Source of the DNA: Tubulanus polymorphus
Lineage: Eukaryota > Animalia > Nemertea
DNA: 64,000 bases
Reading direction: 5' to 3'
NCBI RefSeq assembly: GCF_964204645.1
Contig: NC_134026.1
Coordinates: forward strand, 14,294,150-14,358,149
This document shows positions 51,890-64,000 of the stretch, piece after piece. Made by a program: the position numbers and the translations under genes. How positions within the stretch are numbered: position 1 is the first letter of the stretch; each line of letters starts with the position of its first letter. The notes below the pieces were generated by a model. It saw only the letters and a list, made by a program, of their open reading frames with translations, searched no databases and had not been told where the DNA came from.

Positions 51890-52107
51890 CATAGGAGGAA
51901 TATATTTTTGTTTTTCCAAATAATCAATAGTTAAATTAGATAAAGTAACTGCTAATGTTAATTTTAAAATATCGTTTATATCAAATCTATCAACATTAAC
52001 ACTTCCCATTTTAAATACTTTTTTAATACCATTGAATAACCAACAGTTCCAACTGATAATAATGCTCCATTATATAATCCAGTTAATATCCACTTATTAT
52101 CACTCAT
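51890..52107 (-). pseudogene. Small hydrophobic Maverick protein
   Basis: Begins MSDNKWILTGLYNGALLSVGTVGYSMVLKKVFKMG and ends IDYLEKQKYIPP; TAAATG start. Confidence 0.5.
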
Positions 52108-52494
52108 TTATTTATCAAAAAAATTACTATCTTCAAAATATCTATTTGTTTTAGTTATAATTATTTCAACATTTATAGTATTATTAGTTTCATTTTCATA
52201 TATTTCAGTTATTAATCTTTTAATATCATCAATGATAAAATCTTCATCTAATTCATAAATCTTAAACATTCTCTCATTAAATTTGTAATCTTTTCTACAT
52301 TTAAAGTTTCTTTATCTATTGTTTTTTTCATACTCAAATGTTGTTTCATTAGAAAATGCAATATTTTTAATATGTGTAATTACATCAGTAATGTTAAATT
52401 TCATTTCTTTCTCATGTTTAAAATCAAATCCAAAACATATACTCGGTCCTACTGTTATATTCATATTTATACAGTGAAAAAATTACTCTTTACA

Positions 52495-53239
52495 TCTTAT
52501 AATTTATTCATAAAAATTACAGGAAAATTATTTAAATCAATTAAATATCCATTATGATTTCTAATTTCTAATCTAAAATTATTAAAATGAGGAATGCATG
52601 GTTTGAAATCACATTCTGTTAAATTATAATTTATTTGACTTCCAAATTGTTTAACATTTTTAGCGGTAAAATATTTAATATACTAGAACTACAAATTGTT
52701 TCTTTAGTTGCTTCGAAAGTTTTTGTAGGATCGATTTAATTGCAATAAATATAAAAGTGTGTAAAAGGTATTATATTTGAGATGCTTTCTGCGCTTCCAG
52801 TAACTGTAAACGGTTTAATTCCTAACATTTTAGCCATTGGTTTGTTTACCATAAATTTATGTTGTTCATTAGATATCTTTATTCTTATTTTATTAGTACT
52901 ATCAATTTTATTAAATTTAATTTCAAATACAGAAGTGCCCCCGATTTTCAACCGAGCTCTTCTATTAATTTCCTGCGCTAATGATTCTAAATTATATAAT
53001 CATGGTTTTAAAAATAGATGAAACCATTTATCTTTATTTCTCATATAAATCATAAACCCTCTATGTTCAAAAGTTTTATCCGATATATTATAAAAAGAAT
53101 TACATAAACTTACATTTACTAATTTTAAATCGACACAATTCTTAAATTCTCTATCTAATTGTACTAGTAAATTATGTGATTTAGAATTTGACAGTTTTCT
53201 AGAATCAACAAATATTCTTTATTCTTTTAATTCTACCAT
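52495..53239 (-). pseudogene. Polinton minor capsid protein (penton-like), copy 2
   Basis: IFVDSRK, VSLCNSFYNI, LYNLESLAQEI, FYIYCN, LEIRNHNGYLIDLNNFPV. Confidence 0.68.
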
Positions 53240-53880
53240 TATTTATAACATTGAAAAATTACCTTCAACTCCAAAAAGTAAGTTTTCTAATCTCATAAAT
53301 TTTAGCAAAACAACCCGACCTGGCTCGCAGAGTTTTTCAGGGATAAGCATCCCGTTATTGAGAGGCGCCACGAGATACTTATCCATTAGCATTTCTACTT
53401 ACACCCCTGCAACCCACGCCTCACCAATTCTCCTTCAATGGTTGACAGGAAACACATTATATTTAAGGTGCCTAATGCATTTCCTATCAACCTCTTACAC
53501 CCGAAGGGAGGATCGAAAGTCGAAACTGAGGGAGAACCACGGAGGGTGGTCAAAGGTGCATTTTCGAAATGCCCCTGCAAGCCAGGCCCGGCGGCACTCC
53601 AGTGGTGGAATGAATTGCCTTATATACTTAGCTAAAACTCCGAAGTCAATATTAACGGTGTTTCCTAGAAAAACGTTATTTGAAATTATAAATTATTTCG
53701 AATGAACAAATATTTGAAAAGGAAACTAATTAATGATTTACGGATTTTTAACGTTATTATGATATAATTATTAATTAAATTAATAATCAATTAACATAGA
53801 TAATTTTAATCAAATTCAAATTCATTTCAGTATTTCACTCATCACTAAAAATTAATTTTAATAAAATTTTTCCTTAATAA

Positions 53881-55198
53881 ATGGATGAGAAGATACCATG
53901 TGAAATTTGTGGTGAACTTCTAAGAAAAAGTAATATATATGGCTCGACATATGAAAAAACATGATAAAAATTATAAACCCCCTAAAATAAACTGCCCAAA
54001 TTGTAATAAATTATTCTCAAGAAATTATGTTAAAAAACATTCCGAGAAGTGTAAAATTGATGACACAACGATTAATGTTGATAGTAACGAAAGTAATTGT
54101 AATTCTGTTGAATTTGAATCTGAAATTATTTGGAAAAGACCTTTCTTATTCTATGATAAGGATACTATAAAAGATTATTTCTGTGAGCCTTGTCGAATAA
54201 AATATAGACCTGAAAATATAGAAGATTGGGAGAATCATCAATTTCATAAAGCACATATAGATAAAATTTCTAATAAATTTGAAACTGAATTCAATGAAAG
54301 AAAAAATAAAATATTAGAAAAAATAAAATATGAGGAAACGTTTCTAGATAATGAAGAAACACTTTAAAAGTTGGAAAAACAATATAATGAATTAGTAAGA
54401 AAAACATATTATTGTAAATATTGTAAATTGATTATTACACCAAGTAATTCAAATCTACATAATAGAACAATAAAACATAAAGAAAACGTAAGAAAATACC
54501 AAGAGCTTAATGAAGATCTATTACCAAGAAATGATAGAAAAAAATGCCCACAATGTATTTATGGGCACTTAAGACAAGAAGGTCCTGTGATATTTTGTAA
54601 TCAATGTGGATGGCAGAAAAGTTTATGGGGTGATGAAAAAACTAGAGATATTCTTATAGAACCAAAATTAAAATATCTAGATGAAATTTTTAAGATATTT
54701 TCTATGGAAGATCATACACCAAAATATATGCAATGGCTTGAACAAATGAAAATGATAGAAAATAAAAATGGTGAAATAACTAAAAAAGATATAATAAAAA
54801 CAATTATTCCGTCAACATTTAACACACAAGAAAAGAAAATGTATTTATATCTATTATTTAACGATTATTATAAAAAACCTAAATTGACAGAAGAAGATAC
54901 GGAAAATATAAAAGAAACATTCAAAAAAATATTAAGATATTACGTGGATAATAGAATAACAGATTCAATTAATTATGAATTCTTTTTAAATAAGATTGAA
55001 AATTTTTTAAACATCGATATTATATTTCCATTTGATGAATTAACAAACAAAAAGAAACAAAGAGAACGAGATGAAATGTGGTACAATATAGAACTTTATT
55101 TAAATGAGAAAAATGAAATGGAAGAACCTAAACAATTAAATAAAAATGAAGAAACCAGTAGTGATTTCGAGTATGATGATATTGATTTTATGTTTTAA
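53881..55198 (+). pseudogene. Multi-zinc-finger Maverick accessory protein (one frameshift, one internal stop)
   Basis: CEICG, CPNC...H...C, CEPC...H.....H, CKYC...H.....H, CPQC...CNQCG. Confidence 0.6.
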
Positions 55199-55386
55199 TA
55201 ACCATAAGGTAATGTTTTTATTCCATCATCCAAAATATATCTTTTATCGTCGAATGGATTTAAACTAGTTTTTCAACTCCATTAATGTACATCTCGTGAT
55301 CTTCTGATCTTAAACAATTCATTTTATGTTTCATTACAAAAAAAAGTTATGTCATTTGTCTTGATTTTTAGTATGTACGCATCCGT
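55195..55386 (-). pseudogene. pPolB C-extein remnant (TDAYILKIKTND, then a deletion to the C-terminus)
   Basis: TDAYILKIKTNDIT, followed by CLRSEDHEMY...SLNPFDDKRYILDDGIKTLPYGY*. Homologous to 40345-40790. Confidence 0.85.
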
Positions 55387-56311
55387 ATTCCGGGCTATTA
55401 ATGGAAATCCACAGTTAAATTTGCCATCTTCAGTTGACAAATCATAAACATATTCTGATGGGTTATATATTTCGAATAAATCTTTAACTTCTTCAGTTAT
55501 TTCTTTTTCTGTATGCCTTAGATTAAAACAATTTGGCAAAGATTTAATCAATCCAATATTCATATTAAAGCCTAATGAATTACATAATAGATTCAATCCT
55601 GATATACCAACTTTTCCTTTTTGTACAAATGTTATTACTGGAGAACTCGTAATTTTTTAGCACCATCTGCTGCATAGAATCCAATGAAGAACCATTTTCT
55701 TAAATTATCTTTTGCATCTAATACATAATCTGGAACTATCTTTTCTTTTGTTGAAATATTACTTTTAAATATTGCATGAATGTAGAATTCGTCATTATAT
55801 TTTATAGCAAAATCTTTAGGGTTATTCACGAGTATTCTATAAACTGCTGATGATTTCATAACATCCATGATTCTAAATGTTTTATTTGGATAAACTTCTT
55901 CACAGTATTTCTTAATTCTTTCTAATCATTTCAAATCTTGATTACATAAATGCCAAAAATATTTATTACCACTAACATAATTATACACACCTGCTGAACC
56001 ATCTCCCATGAAAAATCCTTTGATAAAATATTCTTTTTCTTCTAATGTTTCGGGTTCTATATTATAAATATTATCAATTATTTCATCAAATGACATATGA
56101 TTCATTCTTTGGAAAAATCTTTTATGTAATAATTCATCTCCAATTTTTATATCAGTTGGTTTTATTTCATCACCATTTCGTTTAATTAAACTATGATCTC
56201 CTGTAACATCTACAAACCCTAATTTAGTTCTAACTCTGTAAATCTTTTTATTTGTTTTATGTCTAATTATATTCTTTAATTTTTCCATCCATTTCTTGTC
56301 CAAACATCCAT
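55387..56311 (-). mobile_element. Intein with a LAGLIDADG homing endonuclease inserted in Maverick pPolB motif C; degraded, block A deleted
   Basis: Block B VDVTGDHSL; LAGLIDADG motifs IKGFFMGDGS and FFIGFYAADG; block H-like LLCNSLGFN; block F YVYDLSTEDGKF; C-terminal LIARN followed by Thr+1 of TD(S/A)YILK. Confidence 0.9.
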
Positions 56312-56672
56312 TAATCCTTTATATTTGAAATAGAAATCGCCAGAACTTAATTCTTCAATATCTTCACTTGATAATCTATGAAATCTATCTGGTAGATACG
56401 CTCCGAATTTATATTTATCACCTTTTATTCCTTCATTGATTTATTACTATGTATATGAGTAACTGTTTCAATATTTGTAGTCAAATATTTCTTATAAATG
56501 TTAATTCAGTTAGCTTTTTGAATTTATAATCTAATGATTTTATATTTGTAGTATCTTTGATTCTAGCTAGGAATGATTTATTGTTCTCACTGTGTACTTG
56601 TCTACTCTGCATTTTGATATATGATTACTTATTAAATTGATTTCATTATATAATATATTATGTATAAAATAT

Positions 56673-56911
<239 letters not shown>

Positions 56912-57483
56912 GTATTCCTAGGTAATAACAAAATAATTAATATTATTAGAATAGATTTATATAATCAAATCTATTTTACTTGTGTATTGATATCAAAATT
57001 ATTAGTATTTCAGAATATATATTTATTCATATTATATTTATAATTTTTCCCTATCTACCTGGCCTACCAACAATTGGTCGTGAAACATTATGGAAGGTAA
57101 ATGTTTGGCCTTGAAAAGATGAAATGATGAAATGTTATGAACTGATTTTGGCGAAATTGTTGTACGCTTCCTAGTACGACATTTAAATCAGTCAGGCAGA
57201 AACCCGTTAAACGCTGCTTTGTAGTTATTTGTAACTGTTTTACGTCGTCAAAATACATTAAACAAACGGCGTGCGCATTCTTTTCATCAAAAGTGTAAGT
57301 AAGTTCGTAAGTATCGTATAAACGAGACTCCCTCTTCTGAATACCCCCGGTGTCCATGCGTATTCTATTCTTTTCAGAAGTTCATATGGTCCATGTTTTT
57401 CGGTTCTATGGTTTATACCTGGCCTATACATTCGACGTCCTCCTTAACGCATTTTTGACAATATTCTTGTTTGTATGTTTCAG

Positions 57484-57627
57484 TGAGAAATGGGGGGAGA
57501 ATTCTTTCTGCTTTGAAACCGGAGGATCGAGCCGCAATTGTAATCGATATTGCAAGGAATTTGATTGAGCAGCAAGGTGATATTTTAGATGCAAACAAGC
57601 AAGATCTTCAGGAAGCGAGAAACAAAG
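57484..57627 (+). CDS. ALDH18A1: P5CS internal exon, start of the gamma-glutamyl phosphate reductase domain
   Basis: TTTCAG acceptor and G|GT donor. The phase-1 join with the previous exon gives ALE-V-RNGGRILSALKPEDRAAIVIDIARNLIEQQGDILDANKQDLQEARNK, matching recalled [36 protein letters not shown]. Confidence 0.93.
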
Positions 57628-58164
57628 GTATTTAAAAGATAAAGTTAGAAGATATAAGTATAAATCGCTGTCTCTAATGTTTTATGACTTTCTTAGAATG
57701 TAATCAAAAATTGAGCAAGCTATGTCTTTAAAGACCGAAAAAAGAACAATTAGATATGGTTGAAACATGTTGACTTTGCCGTAATATCAATTAATCGGCC
57801 CGTTTATGGAATAATGTTTGGCTTTAGGAAACAAAATGACGTCACAACGGAATACGGGAAGTGAGGTCATCCAAAGTGGTGGCCGGAAGTGACGTCAAAT
57901 TCAAATAATATCCGTACGGAAGTGTGTTATACCGATCTGCGGGGTTGAAAGCTCATTTTGTATAAACGGCGCGATATATTTTGCGTTCGTCTTTATAGTA
58001 CATATAACAGTCCTTGATATTTCTATTAATTTTGTCTGGGGTTTAATATCGAAAGATGGTCGTACTTTTCATCGACGATTATATCCACCATGGAACCAAA
58101 GTTTACAATTGGTTTGTTTCGAAAATTCAAATTTATCCTTTTAACCTTACATTCAGTCGACAAT

Positions 58165-63203
<5,039 letters not shown>

Positions 63204-64000
63204 CTGTGTAAACGTCAAATATGATCAGCTTTGAAACCGAACATACGCGGACGTACAATCAACAAATATTAATTTATTTGACCAGGCATTTATTTTGGCA
63301 TTCAAACATCATGATACTGTATTATCACCATGCTTAAAAATGGATCTGTCCTATTAAGAACTCATCTTAAGCACCTGCTGAGTCGATAGATTGAGTGAAT
63401 TTACAGATAAGAACGTATTATGATTTAGAATAGATTTAAGAAGTTAATGTTTTTATTGAAATATTTGAATAAATACATATATTGTAGTGTAGATTCAATC
63501 AATAAATTATGAATTGATCTGGTCTAGGTTTTCGGCTGATGTTGATTTTCGCTTTTATGGATCACAAATTCTATAGTGATAAACAATTGATACCTGCAAC
63601 ATGTGTGTAAATCAAACCTATTCCACTAGTTGCGTGTGTTTCCCAATAAACGGGAAAGTCACTCTTGCTGAGTTATTAGAAAAATAATGTTCATTTAGTT
63701 ATAGAAATTCATTGCCTTTTTGGAAATTCTGTAATAATATTTGTTCTGTCCTAATTTTTATTACTGTATGAACCAAAGATATGCTTTGTAAATATGATGT
63801 AATAAAATAAATTTGAATTTGAATTAAATTTGAACATGAGAATCAAGCAAAGCTTGTGTTTTTTCAACTTGTCTTAAATCCAAATTGGCTAAAAAGTACA
63901 TAGGACTAAATGAAACGAACTGTTAGTTACTGCAAACCTATTCCAGTGTTATGTCGATCGTGTTGAATCACTTTCCTTGAGTTGAAAGAATCAGATCTTC
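63204..64000 (+). repeat. Unclassified interspersed repeat, copy 2 (runs off the window)
   Basis: Colinear with 23154-23990. Confidence 0.85.

Noticed and set aside
55387-56311. Hedgehog-type Hint domain or giant-virus contamination as an explanation for the intein
   Set aside because: It has LAGLIDADG motifs and an Asn|Thr junction into a sequence matching the Maverick pPolB at 40345-40790, and it sits within a host intron.
57088-57357. 89-aa minus-strand ORF near the P5CS exon
   Set aside because: No recognisable motif; probably spurious.

Overview
Animal (probably invertebrate) genomic DNA. The only recognisable host gene is delta-1-pyrroline-5-carboxylate synthase (P5CS/ALDH18A1), represented by two small + strand exons (19748-19913 and 57484-57627) that splice in frame across a 37.6 kb intron. 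Almost everything else is nested mobile DNA: (i) many rearranged fragments of an AT-rich Maverick/Polinton (adintovirus-like) family, including pPolB, integrase, major and minor capsid, a pX-like membrane protein and HNH nucleases; (ii) a TIR- and TSD-bounded 5.9 kb mini-Polinton inserted into a BEL/Pao retrotransposon; (iii) a third, different pPolB lineage; (iv) three BEL/Pao relics, two LINEs (one with a 2A-like peptide), MITEs and microsatellites. The main finding is a degraded LAGLIDADG-containing intein at the catalytic D|TD site of one Polinton pPolB copy (55387-56311). It resembles, from recall, the Mimivirus PolB intein, and an intein-free allele lies in the same window. Most genes of this family also start with a poxvirus-late-like TAAATG, which suggests a virophage-like association with a large DNA virus. 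All family assignments come from motif recognition by eye; no searches were run.
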